Shown: piece after piece, positions 1-8,719 of the stretch
How positions within the stretch are numbered: position 1 is the stretch's first letter
Layout of the letters: every line of letters begins with the position of its first letter
Origin: a virus
Direction: 5' to 3' (one strand)
IMG/VR virus record: IMGVR_UViG_2881214049_000001
DNA: 24,190 nt
Program-made: the position numbers and the translations under genes
Notes under the pieces: generated by a model
What the model was told of the DNA's origin: nothing
The model's input: the letters and a program-made list of their open reading frames with translations, nothing else
Database searches by the model: none

Positions 1-380
1 TTATCAACCGCTGCTGCTATTTCTTGAATTTGTGCTTCGCTCCACCTGCCACTTTGGTCAATGCCGGCGATGGCTTGAGCGATTTCTGCCTGATAGGCGT
101 CGGTGACACTGGCTTGCAACGCGTTGAGGTCGTCGGCAAGGGCAGCTTTGGCCATTGGCGCGACTTTTAAATTCAGTTGTGTATCGACAATATCCGGTAC
201 GACAATGTTATCGACTTCGGCGGCAATATTTTGAATTTGCGCTTCGGTCCAACTGTTACCTGGATCGATGCTCTCAATAGCTCGAGCGATTGCGGTTGTA
301 TAATCATTTGTGATTGATTGCGCAAACGCCGCTAAGTCATCTTGAATTGCAGAGGACACAGCTGGCGCTACCTGAACCTC
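1..380 (-). repeat. Degenerate in-frame tandem repeat, period 207 nt (69 aa)
   Basis: ttgaatttgYgcttcg anchors, with gcttcg at 34 and 241. Units: VAPAVSSAIQDDLAAFAQSITNDYTTAIARAIESIDPGNSWTEAQIQNIAAEVD vs VAPMAKAALADDLNALQASVTDAYQAEIAQAIAGIDQSGRWSEAQIQEIAAAVD. Confidence 0.85.
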
Positions 381-998
381 TAACGCAGTACTGACTTGTT
401 GTTCAACTCTAGGAAATACGTATTCATCAGAAAAATAAGCTAATTTTTCGCCAAGCGATATATCAATAAAATAATCAATAGCATCTGGTAGTATTTGGTT
501 GAGCCTAGCTTCAACTACTTGCTCAGCTGTGTACTCTAAGCTTAGGTTTATTAAACGATAGGTTTCGTCTATATAGTTTTTTACATCGCCAACAAGCGCG
601 GGAGTTTTAAGGAGCTCAGGCTCTGGAAAATTGGCTAAATTGTCTATCGAAGACAGAGATAACGCGTTGTGAATAACAGGGCTTTGGGCAAATTGAGTTG
701 GATTAACGCCTGAAAAAGTAACATGTCCTTTGTACTCAATATTTGCGGTAGGGCTTAGTATCTGGTTAAAAAAATTATTTACATACTGTTTAACGCTATA
801 CGCGTTGACCGCGTATTTGGCATTTTCGAGTGCACCTAAATCAACATCAAGGTTGAAAATAACGGTGTTGTGATAGGTTTGGGTTCCAAAATATTCTTGA
901 TCTTGCTCTTTAAGCTGCTTTGTTGCTGACGCGATTAATGCAGCTCGTTCCTCTTGCAAAATTTGAGAACTTAGATTCCCGTAATCTAGCGTGGTCAT
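1..998 (-). CDS. Partial (runs off left edge) alpha-helical repeat protein, probably virion/fibre-associated; two copies of a 69-aa repeat visible
   Basis: Absent from the ORF track because it has no stop in the window. Manual translation from ATG at 998 (MTTLDYGNLSSQILQEERAALIASATKQ...) is open to base 1. VKQYVN and VKNYID resemble fibre KxYVD motifs. WTEAQIQNIAAEVD and WSEAQIQEIAAAVD lie 207 nt apart. Confidence 0.8.
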   Translation of the reverse strand, partial: MTTLDYGNLSSQILQEERAALIASATKQLKEQDQEYFGTQTYHNTVIFNLDVDLGALENAKYAVNAYSVKQYVNNFFNQILSPTANIEYKGHVTFSGVNPTQFAQSPVIHNALSLSSIDNLANFPEPELLKTPALVGDVKNYIDETYRLINLSLEYTAEQVVEARLNQILPDAIDYFIDISLGEKLAYFSDEYVFPRVEQQVSTALEVQVAPAVSSAIQDDLAAFAQSITNDYTTAIARAIESIDPGNSWTEAQIQNIAAEVDNIVVPDIVDTQLNLKVAPMAKAALADDLNALQASVTDAYQAEIAQAIAGIDQSGRWSEAQIQEIAAAVD

Positions 999-1043
999 CT
1001 CGCAAACTCTCACTCAACTTTGCGTCTTAGTGACGCATGCTCA

Positions 1044-1077
1044 TAAACAAAGGCGGCAATCTATACTTGCCACCTTT
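1044..1077 (-). terminator. Probable intrinsic terminator after the 69-aa gene
   Basis: Minus strand AAAGGTGGCAA-gtataga-TTGCCGCCTTT followed by GTTT, 15 nt after the stop codon. Confidence 0.6.
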
Positions 1078-1092
1078 CCAGCGCCTACTTAC

Positions 1093-1302
1093 TTAACCTC
1101 GAGGGCTTGTAGGGTAGAGCTTACGTAGTTCACAAAGCTCAAGGTCATGTCGATAACAGCAAGAATTGCTATATTCGATTTCCCAATCGGTCAGTGTTTT
1201 TTCTGTTGCAAAGAAAAAACGACGATTTTCAAATTTTTCTAGGCTACAACCTTGCATTTTCATGAACGCAGCTAGCCCTAAACGGTGTGTTGAGATCACC
1301 AT
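1093..1302 (-). CDS. Small phage protein, DUF5659-like
   Basis: Strong SD (AGGAG) before ATG. STHRLGLAAFMKMQGCSLEKFENRRFFF resembles the pattern I recall for DUF5659 (T-x-x-L-x-LAA-F/Y-L...G-x-x-L...F-x-F). Confidence 0.6.
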   Translation of the reverse strand: MVISTHRLGLAAFMKMQGCSLEKFENRRFFFATEKTLTDWEIEYSNSCCYRHDLELCELRKLYPTSPRG

Positions 1303-1459
1303 ATCAAACTCCTAATTAATCATTTTCGCTATTTGTCTCACTCACAGCTAGCATTCGCGTTTACCATCACCATGGGCCGTAGTCTCTAGCGTGCACTTTT
1401 GGATGCTCGCGTTACACCACTGCTCTAACATCTGGCGGTGGTTTGAACGCCTTCAAATC

Positions 1460-2086
1460 TCATCGATACAGAATGTAGATACCGTAGATCGGACGTTCTG
1501 TATCTGCGGGGTCTTTGCTTTGAGGCATCGATAGTTTTGCTCGTAACGAACTTGCACCATTGGGTATGTCAATTGGCGTGTCTTGAGCAACGACATACCA
1601 ACTGTCTGTGTTATCAAGAGACACTTTTACAATTTGATCTTCATACGATGGGATGGTCGTAATCAAAAGTTGATGGGCTTTTCCATCTGGTTGACTGTCA
1701 CTGGTGATGTTTACACTATTGGTGACCAGCTCTGCGTTACTTTGATTAATATGCATGACCGCATCATATGGTCTTATTGTACAATTATGGCTTTCTTGCC
1801 CGTTTACTTCATTACCCTCTTTAAAGGTGAGTAGGTTTAAATAAGGTAAACCTGAAGTCAGTGACAAGTGAGTTGAATAGCTGACGACGACATAAGGCCG
1901 CTGCAACAGCTCTCTTTTACGTAATGAACTCTCTAAAAATTCTTTATCAACCAATGTCTTACTGTTGAATTTTAATGTTCCGTATTGATCCGTACGAAAA
2001 CTGTCTAACACATCTAGGTTACTATGACGGTGATCGCGACTGCCTGTTTTAACGGGAACAGTTATCGTCTTTCTATGTATGGTCAT
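1460..2086 (-). CDS. Putative virion/fibre-associated structural protein
   Basis: HRHSNLDVLDSF matches the H-x-H-x-N-x-x-x-L-D motif of phage fibre proteins. C-terminal beta domain with Asp-box-like SLDNTDSW. Both cluster motifs lie upstream. Confidence 0.65.
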   Translation of the reverse strand: MTIHRKTITVPVKTGSRDHRHSNLDVLDSFRTDQYGTLKFNSKTLVDKEFLESSLRKRELLQRPYVVVSYSTHLSLTSGLPYLNLLTFKEGNEVNGQESHNCTIRPYDAVMHINQSNAELVTNSVNITSDSQPDGKAHQLLITTIPSYEDQIVKVSLDNTDSWYVVAQDTPIDIPNGASSLRAKLSMPQSKDPADTERPIYGIYILYR

Positions 2087-2110
2087 CTTTAAATGATATC
2101 CAACTTACAA

Positions 2111-2135
2111 GTCTCATTCTCTACTATTGTACAAT
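2111..2135 (-). promoter_or_regulatory. ATTGTACAAT palindrome (2126-2135) plus AATGAGAC motif (2111-2118)
   Basis: Exact copies of both recurrent motifs upstream of the ATG at 2086. Confidence 0.65.
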
Positions 2136-2232
2136 TTTAGCTAATTCTAAGGCGATAGTCACTGCTGAAAAATACCTAGAATTGCATATTTATTGCAGTA
2201 TGAAGGCTTTTGTACTGCCTCCCAATACATTA

Positions 2233-3120
2233 CTAATTATGTACAATAACATATCCGTTGAAAGCACGTTTCATTGACGCCCCAGCACTAGGGTTATAGA
2301 TAAACCTCAGGGTAATATGATCACCGCCCTTGGTGAAAATAACGCCTTTGTTAAACGCTTCCCAAGTTGTGCCGCCATCTAAACTGTATTCGATGTTCAG
2401 GCCTTCAGTGTCGGGTAGCATTGCGATATGAACTGCGTTCCCGTTTGCAGCATCAAGCAAATGATGGGTTACCGTCGTCAAAACCGGCGCACGGCGTCCC
2501 CCTGCAGACATATCAACCTTATAGGGGGTGTGATCAATACCAGAAGAACTATCAATATTGATCCCCTCGGTTGTTTGAAAATCATCAATGATAGCATAAG
2601 CGAGATCGTACTTTTGGGCTGCAAAACTTGCGTACGCTCTAAGTAACATGGCGTTGGTATTGCCATTACCACTTGGAATAATGTGGTTGAGCGAATCAGG
2701 ATCACCAATTTTTCCTGTGGTTTGCGGTGTCGATGCTGCAACTTTTTTAACGTTAGGGTGACGTTCTCGCGCTGCTAGCTTTGCGTATAAAGCTTCTAAT
2801 TCTGAAAGTATGGGATACTTTATACTGACACCCGCTTTGAGTTGCATGGGGCTAACGAGGCTGTTGTAGGTCATTAGCATCCACCAATACTCGGTATGGC
2901 CATACAAGCGGTATGAAATTAATGGCGGGTTGCCTTCATCTTCAACGATTAAATACGTACCGGCCATCGGCAGCTTTTTTATCGCTGCAAACATATATGA
3001 ATCTAAGACATCATATACACCGCCCTGTTTTCCTGTTTGTTCGGTACGGTGCTTAAAGGGCATGAATTTTTCAGCTGAGTAACGGCGCTCTGTTTCTCTT
3101 TGTATGTCAATATAAAACAT
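2233..3120 (-). CDS. T4 gp53-like (LysM-related) baseplate wedge protein fused to an extra C-terminal beta domain
   Basis: EDEGNPPLISYRLYGHTEYWWMLMTYNSLVSPMQLKAGVSIKYP matches the gp53-like RPDxISYxxYGxxxYWW...N...L..G..IxIP pattern. It is followed by a low-complexity linker and a domain with Asp-box SLDGGTTW. Confidence 0.75.
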   Translation of the reverse strand: MFYIDIQRETERRYSAEKFMPFKHRTEQTGKQGGVYDVLDSYMFAAIKKLPMAGTYLIVEDEGNPPLISYRLYGHTEYWWMLMTYNSLVSPMQLKAGVSIKYPILSELEALYAKLAARERHPNVKKVAASTPQTTGKIGDPDSLNHIIPSGNGNTNAMLLRAYASFAAQKYDLAYAIIDDFQTTEGINIDSSSGIDHTPYKVDMSAGGRRAPVLTTVTHHLLDAANGNAVHIAMLPDTEGLNIEYSLDGGTTWEAFNKGVIFTKGGDHITLRFIYNPSAGASMKRAFNGYVIVHN

Positions 3121-3123
3121 GCG

Positions 3124-3549
3124 TTATTCCTCTAAAACTAACCAACCAAAGTCAACCGTGATCTGTATCGGGTCGTCACTGGGGTTGGCGATGTGCCAAT
3201 AGAGTTTGTTATTTGGGAACTCATCTTTGTTGATGAGTGTCGGGTAGCGGTTATTACCCCAGACAGTGCCGAGTGTGTCCCATACCGCGCCCTCATAACT
3301 TAAGTAACTTGGGTAAGCTAAAAACTCAAAAGGATTTGGGTCAGAAAAGTCTTTTTTACCAAATATCCTGATCAAGCATGGCGCGCTGACCTCAAGCTTG
3401 GTGAGCGTGATTGATTGGCCCATTTTGACGCTTAGGCTTTCAAACTGTTTTGGCGCTATGACTCCTGAGGTGAGTATATCTTCACGACGATATGCGGCAC
3501 CACCGCCACCGCCGCCCTTGAGGATTTTAAAGTCGTTCAATAATGCCAT
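3124..3549 (-). CDS. Small beta-rich putative virion structural protein with N-terminal Gly6 linker
   Basis: SD GAGG upstream, ends 3 nt before the next gene, beta-strand periodicity, structural gene context. Confidence 0.65.
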   Translation of the reverse strand: MALLNDFKILKGGGGGGAAYRREDILTSGVIAPKQFESLSVKMGQSITLTKLEVSAPCLIRIFGKKDFSDPNPFEFLAYPSYLSYEGAVWDTLGTVWGNNRYPTLINKDEFPNNKLYWHIANPSDDPIQITVDFGWLVLEE

Positions 3550-3585
3550 GACAGGCCTCTGTGTTTCACGTTGTGGCTTCTAGAC

Positions 3586-3617
3586 AAAAAGGGGCGGCTC
3601 ACTCAGTGAGGCGCCCC
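3586..3617 (-). terminator. Rho-independent terminator after the 1267-aa fibre gene
   Basis: Minus strand GGGGCG-c-CTCAC-tga-GTGAG-c-CGCCCC-TTTTT. Confidence 0.8.
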
Positions 3618-3644
3618 AGTTGTTGCGTTGCTCGGGGCTTTATA

Positions 3645-6600
3645 TTAGAAAGCCATTGCACGTAAGTTTGATACTACCGGTCGGTTAAGTGCCGAGCCAT
3701 TAAGTACTAACTTTATTTGCGTTGAGGTATGCTCAAAGTTCTCTTTCGTGTAGGTATACTCAGTTCTGTCTATACCAAGCGCTTTTTCATCAGGGGATGT
3801 CATTTCAATCCAAGTGATGTTACTGGCACTTGGATCCACAGCGTAAAATACTTGTACGCTTGCATCACCTTTAAATTGGCCTTCAAAGGTAACTCGCAAC
3901 GTTGACTCGGCAGCGCCAGTCATAAAGGTACGTGTACAGTAGAGGGCTTTAGATGCTTGTGAGCCAATCATCATCAGCGCTTCTGGCCACATTAATGGTG
4001 ATCTATAGTGACTGTCTGACGATAAACGCGCAGAAACATTAACTTTACCCGTAAATGAGTTAGGCAAGCGGAACGGGACATTCTCGTCGAGTTCGTAGGT
4101 GACATTCTCTTCCGTCGTAAAGTTGATCTTAATGTTTGATTTATCAGAAGGGCGAATTGCACCACCTGCTACCATTAAATCAGACAATTTTTCAACTTCG
4201 AACTCGCCAAAATTAATCTCTTTTTCTAAAGAGGTAAATTCAGCTCTGAGTAAGCGGAATGTTAAATCTGCTTTTTGGTGTGGCGTCCAAGTTGTTGCGT
4301 TGGATGACGATAACATGACACCAATTTGGTAAGCTTGCTCCGTGATCACTTTTTGCTTCTCGTTGACACCGCCTAGCTCTGCAATCGCCATTTCGTGGTC
4401 AGCATCATCGGTTAATACAACAAAAGCATACTCCTGTCCCGCTTCAATATAAGTTGGGTCAAAAGTCAGACGTGTCCAGCCATAATCCTCAGGTTTGCTA
4501 TAAGATTGCGGTTTACCATCGATCAGGGGATCTTCTTTAGAAGCATAAAGTCCACTGTCGTATTCAATTAACTCATCAGCATTTACCCGCACTTCAGCTA
4601 ATGTTTTATCTGGAATACCAACAGTCGTATTACGTAATTGCAGCACGAGTTGCTTAGCACCGCGTTTAGTAATTTTAATATCGACCCCTGAGATAAAGTG
4701 GCTCTCATTAAGTGTGAAGGTTTGCGCTAATGGATCCCAGCGTTGGAAACCTCCAGAGAACTTAGTTTGCCACTCCTCTGTTGTAATGGTGCCCTTACCC
4801 GTGAATGACGCTTCTGCTTCAGTTGGCTCGCTGCCACCAATACCTGTGCCTTTCACTGTTACTGCTTTTCGACCTGCAGGGTACGTCTCTTTTGGGATCT
4901 TAAACTTACCTTTGAGTACGCCAGAAGCGTCTGCAATCGTCGGGGTACTGCCATCAATAGAGACGACTGGCAATACGTCACCATCAAAGGTTAAGGCTTG
5001 AATTCCTTCCCCTTCCAACATGCCTTCTAGTGTAAATTCGACGTCCAGCTCCCGTAAAAACTCAGCGGCACGAGAAGTTGAGCCTACTTTTTGTGAAGTT
5101 ACATTACCTCTAAACTTAAAGCCATATACCCCATGGTTTACAACAGTACTATTAAGCGGCGGACCATCTTTTAGTTCTATTTTACTTTCTGTCCAAATAT
5201 CAACGGCAGGGATAAGCGTCATTTTTGCCGGAATAGGTTTAAACGCCGAGTAAGGGTTTACCTTCATACTCCCCGTTTTTTCAACCTGCTCGACAGGACG
5301 TCCCTTATCAATGAGTACCGTATGCTGATAATCAAGAGTCCATGGTTTGGTTTCTTTAGATGTATTTAAAGAGTTTGGTTTCATATTAATAGGCAGCACA
5401 AGCTCTTCACGAGCAGGATTTATTTGTGCTATTTGTTCAATACCATCCACTTTATTGCTTGTTAGATTCGATTCTAGACCTCGGTCACGCATGTCGTCAT
5501 CCAGCATAGGATCAACGAATAATCCATGAGTGGCTGATGGTGCTTGGCGACTTGTATCATTTTTTAAGCGCTCTAATGACACCAAATCGTATAAGTCAAC
5601 AATACTTTGCTGCATCTTATTTAGATCGCTCATATGTACTACTTTTACACCATCACGCTTAACATCAGGTTCTTCCCACCAAGTGTGATAAATTTCAGCA
5701 AGAGAAAGCACGTTGTCAGGCAGCGCTGGAGATGCTGGTTTGGCGAAAGGTGATGATACACCACGTTTCATTATCAACTCACCATCTTTGTTTAAATACA
5801 AACGGTCGATTCTAGGTACGCGCCATTGGTAGTCGATCTGAACTTCTGTACCAGGCACTAGGCTTGTTTCGAGGCCATCTGGAGTTTCATCAGTTGTAAA
5901 TGATTTTTGGATCTCTATTGCTTTACGGTCACCGGAAATACTCACTGCATGGGTGATCTCTTCATTGTGATTTAGGTCAACATAATACGAATCCTGAGGA
6001 CCAGGAACACCGTCAACAGAACGCCATTTTATCGTCGAGTTACTTTCTTGGTTACCTAGAAAATCCCAATGTGTACCTTCTTCAAAGATAACTTCGCTTT
6101 CGCCAGAACCAATGTATATCTTTTCAATTGAAGTAACAGCACTTACACCAAGCTGGTCAATACCTTCAGTAGTACGGATTATTTTTTTGTGGCGTAAACT
6201 CACTTCACCATAAACAACTTCAATTTGATATACAGGACCAAAGTCTAGGTTTAGTCGGTTTGTATTCTTATTGGGGTCACTGTTTGGGTGAAAAGCTATT
6301 CTTTCACCTTGCGTCAGGTAAGTAACTGCATTGTTTTTGAAGCGGCTACGTTTATCGTGGCGTAAATCAATTTCTCTGCCGCCGACATGGGCACGACCAC
6401 TTGAGATAACAAATGTTGTTGAATCTTTCAGTGGGTCAGTGAGATCACCATCTACATCGGTATTGAACTCATGTAAGCGCACATCAAGGCCATTTACAGC
6501 ATAATCACCATGGGCATCCACATCATAGCGCACAATTTGTGCGACTAGCTCTTTGGCTTCATCGGATAGTAGTGCTTCCTCTTCCAGTAGTTTACCGTTA

Positions 6601-7448
6601 GAAACCGTATAGACAGGGTAGAAGTCGCCCACATTATCTTGCACATAATCGAGTCCCCACTTAACTGATGCGTCTGGAGAGGTAAGCTCTGAGCCACCGA
6701 CATTCTCTGCGCCTGAATTATCAACCCAGACACCAAATTTAAAGGTAGCATTGTGGCTCGCTGAAATTGGCTCAGCAGTTTGCGGCACGTATAGCACGGC
6801 ACCGTTGATATAGATTGCAGCAGCATCAGCGCGTAGCTTAATATCATCGCCAATCGGCTGTGACACATGCAATGAACCGCCAGAGAGTAATTGGCCGTTA
6901 CGTAGTAGTGCGTTACCTAGACCCTTAACCCACTGGGCAATAGCAGAGATTAATTTAGGGTGGGCGTCGGCATCCATGTTATGGTCATCAATATCGAGTG
7001 TATTTTCATATTTAAACTCAAATAACTCTGAGATATTAATGTTGGTTAGTGTTACCACAAGGCGCAGTGAAATTGAGCCTTCAAAATAATACGTTAAGGC
7101 GTTTGAAGGTTGACCAAGCGCCAGTAGAAACGGTTCTTCAGCTGGAATGTTATCGTCTTCGCTGACGCTACCATAAAGATAAACTTCACCGATATCCATA
7201 TCTTCTGTAGTTGCATTCGGAGGAATATTACAGACGAATTCGATAGAGTTTTCACTGATCACACGTCGTGATGTTATGGGGGCTTCATACCAAGTTTCGT
7301 TGGTAGACTCGCCATCGCGTGACGAATTTAAATCACCTTTTGTTGCACTGATAGCAAAATGTGTTGGGTTAATGTTCCAACCTTGTTGGTTGGCTGCGTT
7401 AATCGTCTTTGATAGACCTTCGTTCGTTATGACGCCAATAACTGCCAT
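3645..7448 (-). CDS. Large tail fibre/baseplate-attached protein: N-terminal baseplate anchor plus DUF4815-like body (paralog A, intact)
   Basis: ITNEGL...IGEVYLY anchor typical of myovirus fibre N-termini, HNMDADAH motif, and DUF4815-like motifs YDVDAHGDYAVNGL, GLFVDPMLDDDMRD, MKVNPYSAF, DPLAQTF, GVMLSSSNATTWTPHQKADLTF. SD AAGGA. Confidence 0.8.
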   Translation of the reverse strand: MAVIGVITNEGLSKTINAANQQGWNINPTHFAISATKGDLNSSRDGESTNETWYEAPITSRRVISENSIEFVCNIPPNATTEDMDIGEVYLYGSVSEDDNIPAEEPFLLALGQPSNALTYYFEGSISLRLVVTLTNINISELFEFKYENTLDIDDHNMDADAHPKLISAIAQWVKGLGNALLRNGQLLSGGSLHVSQPIGDDIKLRADAAAIYINGAVLYVPQTAEPISASHNATFKFGVWVDNSGAENVGGSELTSPDASVKWGLDYVQDNVGDFYPVYTVSNGKLLEEEALLSDEAKELVAQIVRYDVDAHGDYAVNGLDVRLHEFNTDVDGDLTDPLKDSTTFVISSGRAHVGGREIDLRHDKRSRFKNNAVTYLTQGERIAFHPNSDPNKNTNRLNLDFGPVYQIEVVYGEVSLRHKKIIRTTEGIDQLGVSAVTSIEKIYIGSGESEVIFEEGTHWDFLGNQESNSTIKWRSVDGVPGPQDSYYVDLNHNEEITHAVSISGDRKAIEIQKSFTTDETPDGLETSLVPGTEVQIDYQWRVPRIDRLYLNKDGELIMKRGVSSPFAKPASPALPDNVLSLAEIYHTWWEEPDVKRDGVKVVHMSDLNKMQQSIVDLYDLVSLERLKNDTSRQAPSATHGLFVDPMLDDDMRDRGLESNLTSNKVDGIEQIAQINPAREELVLPINMKPNSLNTSKETKPWTLDYQHTVLIDKGRPVEQVEKTGSMKVNPYSAFKPIPAKMTLIPAVDIWTESKIELKDGPPLNSTVVNHGVYGFKFRGNVTSQKVGSTSRAAEFLRELDVEFTLEGMLEGEGIQALTFDGDVLPVVSIDGSTPTIADASGVLKGKFKIPKETYPAGRKAVTVKGTGIGGSEPTEAEASFTGKGTITTEEWQTKFSGGFQRWDPLAQTFTLNESHFISGVDIKITKRGAKQLVLQLRNTTVGIPDKTLAEVRVNADELIEYDSGLYASKEDPLIDGKPQSYSKPEDYGWTRLTFDPTYIEAGQEYAFVVLTDDADHEMAIAELGGVNEKQKVITEQAYQIGVMLSSSNATTWTPHQKADLTFRLLRAEFTSLEKEINFGEFEVEKLSDLMVAGGAIRPSDKSNIKINFTTEENVTYELDENVPFRLPNSFTGKVNVSARLSSDSHYRSPLMWPEALMMIGSQASKALYCTRTFMTGAAESTLRVTFEGQFKGDASVQVFYAVDPSASNITWIEMTSPDEKALGIDRTEYTYTKENFEHTSTQIKLVLNGSALNRPVVSNLRAMAF

Positions 7449-7464
7449 TTCAATTTTCCTTTAT

Positions 7465-7476
7465 ACAAGTCTCATT
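7465..7476 (-). promoter_or_regulatory. AATGAGACTTGT leader motif
   Basis: Exact motif copy upstream of the SD and ATG at 7448. Confidence 0.55.
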
Positions 7477-7490
7477 CGGATGTGTGTGAG

Positions 7491-8702
7491 TTAAACTACG
7501 GTCACACGTAAAGGGCGTACGCGCGGTACATCATTTGCGGTACCTTCAAGTTCTAGCTTAATGCGTATAGTTTCACCCGAGATATCATTTAATTCGTAGC
7601 GTCGCTCGCTAAAACCACCGCCCAGCGACATTTGCTCTACTAATGGCAGTTCCAGCCATTGTGAACCCGTTGAGTAGTACGCTGTCACTTTTGAGTCAAG
7701 GCCTGTCGCAGCATCAAATCCAACACGAACATCGACATGCTCGCCTAAGCTGATGTGACGGGTGATATAAATACCTTTTTCTTTTACACCAGCACCCACC
7801 ATAGTAATCGGTGCCAGAACTTGTGGAGTTTTACCTTTGGTGCCTGATAGCTCCACCTTGACCTTCGCACGACCTGTTACCTTCTCGCCTAGGGTGATTA
7901 ATGAGCCTTCTTTCAAGCGCACTTCACGATTGCTCGGCAAGGTCATCACGAGGTTAACGTCGGTTTCTGCATCTTGGCGCATGGCGTTAAACTGTGTTTG
8001 CACCAGATCTGCTTCATACAAATCAAACTCGCCCAAGTTATAGTTTCTTGTGGTTGAGGTAAACTCAGCTTCATGCAGCGTAAAACGTAGGTCAGTTTTT
8101 TGATGCGGCGTCCAAGTCACGGCATTACTTGAGCTCAATAGCACACCAATTTGAAATGGTTGCGCTGTTACCCATGCGTCAGCTCTTTCGTCATAGTCGC
8201 CTAATGTGGCCACTTCAACTTCATAGTTCGGATCATCAGACATCAGCACAATACAGTATTCAACACCACGCTCTAACAGCACAGGGTCAAAGGTAATGCG
8301 TGTTGCAGTGTTGTTTTGTGTGGTGATCGTATGAGCTTCAACACGTGTGCGACGTAATACAGTTTGTGTCGGAATGCCGTTTTCTGTCGTGCGTATGTCC
8401 ACAGTTAGTGCGGTTTCACCTACTTTGGTAAACCAGACATCGGCTGCGGCTAGATACAATGTACGATCAAAAGTAAATGTCTGTGCTAATGGGTCGTAGC
8501 GCGTAATTTGTGTTAGTGATGTGGTGATCACATCTTGTACTTGAGTAACCTCAGCTTGCCCGTGTCCGGTAAAGGTCGTCGCTGCGCTGCTATTTTTGTT
8601 ACCTTCCACTGTTACATCATAGGTACCCGCGGGCACATTTGATGGAATTTGGAATGAGCCGCGTACAGCCCCGTTGTGATCTGCTATCAATGTGTTAGAC
8701 AT
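7491..8702 (-). CDS. C-terminal part of DUF4815-like fibre paralog B, encoded as a separate gene
   Basis: Collinear with roughly the last 430 aa of 3645..7448 (IADHNGAVRGSFQIP vs IADASGVLKGKFKIP, YDPLAQTF, GVLLSSSNAVTWTPHQKTDL). Has its own purine-rich SD-like GAGAG and AATGAGAC directly before the ATG. Confidence 0.8.
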   Translation of the reverse strand: MSNTLIADHNGAVRGSFQIPSNVPAGTYDVTVEGNKNSSAATTFTGHGQAEVTQVQDVITTSLTQITRYDPLAQTFTFDRTLYLAAADVWFTKVGETALTVDIRTTENGIPTQTVLRRTRVEAHTITTQNNTATRITFDPVLLERGVEYCIVLMSDDPNYEVEVATLGDYDERADAWVTAQPFQIGVLLSSSNAVTWTPHQKTDLRFTLHEAEFTSTTRNYNLGEFDLYEADLVQTQFNAMRQDAETDVNLVMTLPSNREVRLKEGSLITLGEKVTGRAKVKVELSGTKGKTPQVLAPITMVGAGVKEKGIYITRHISLGEHVDVRVGFDAATGLDSKVTAYYSTGSQWLELPLVEQMSLGGGFSERRYELNDISGETIRIKLELEGTANDVPRVRPLRVTVV

Positions 8703-8719
8703 GTCTCATTCTCTCTTTA

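Noticed and set aside
1348-1431. 27-aa minus-strand ORF MLEQWCNASIQKCTLETTAHGDGKREC in an intergenic gap
   Set aside because: No SD and no recognisable motif, and the length is expected by chance.
3499-3516. Gly6 tract as a phase-variable repeat
   Set aside because: Encoded by mixed GGC/GGT codons and in frame, so it is a simple linker.
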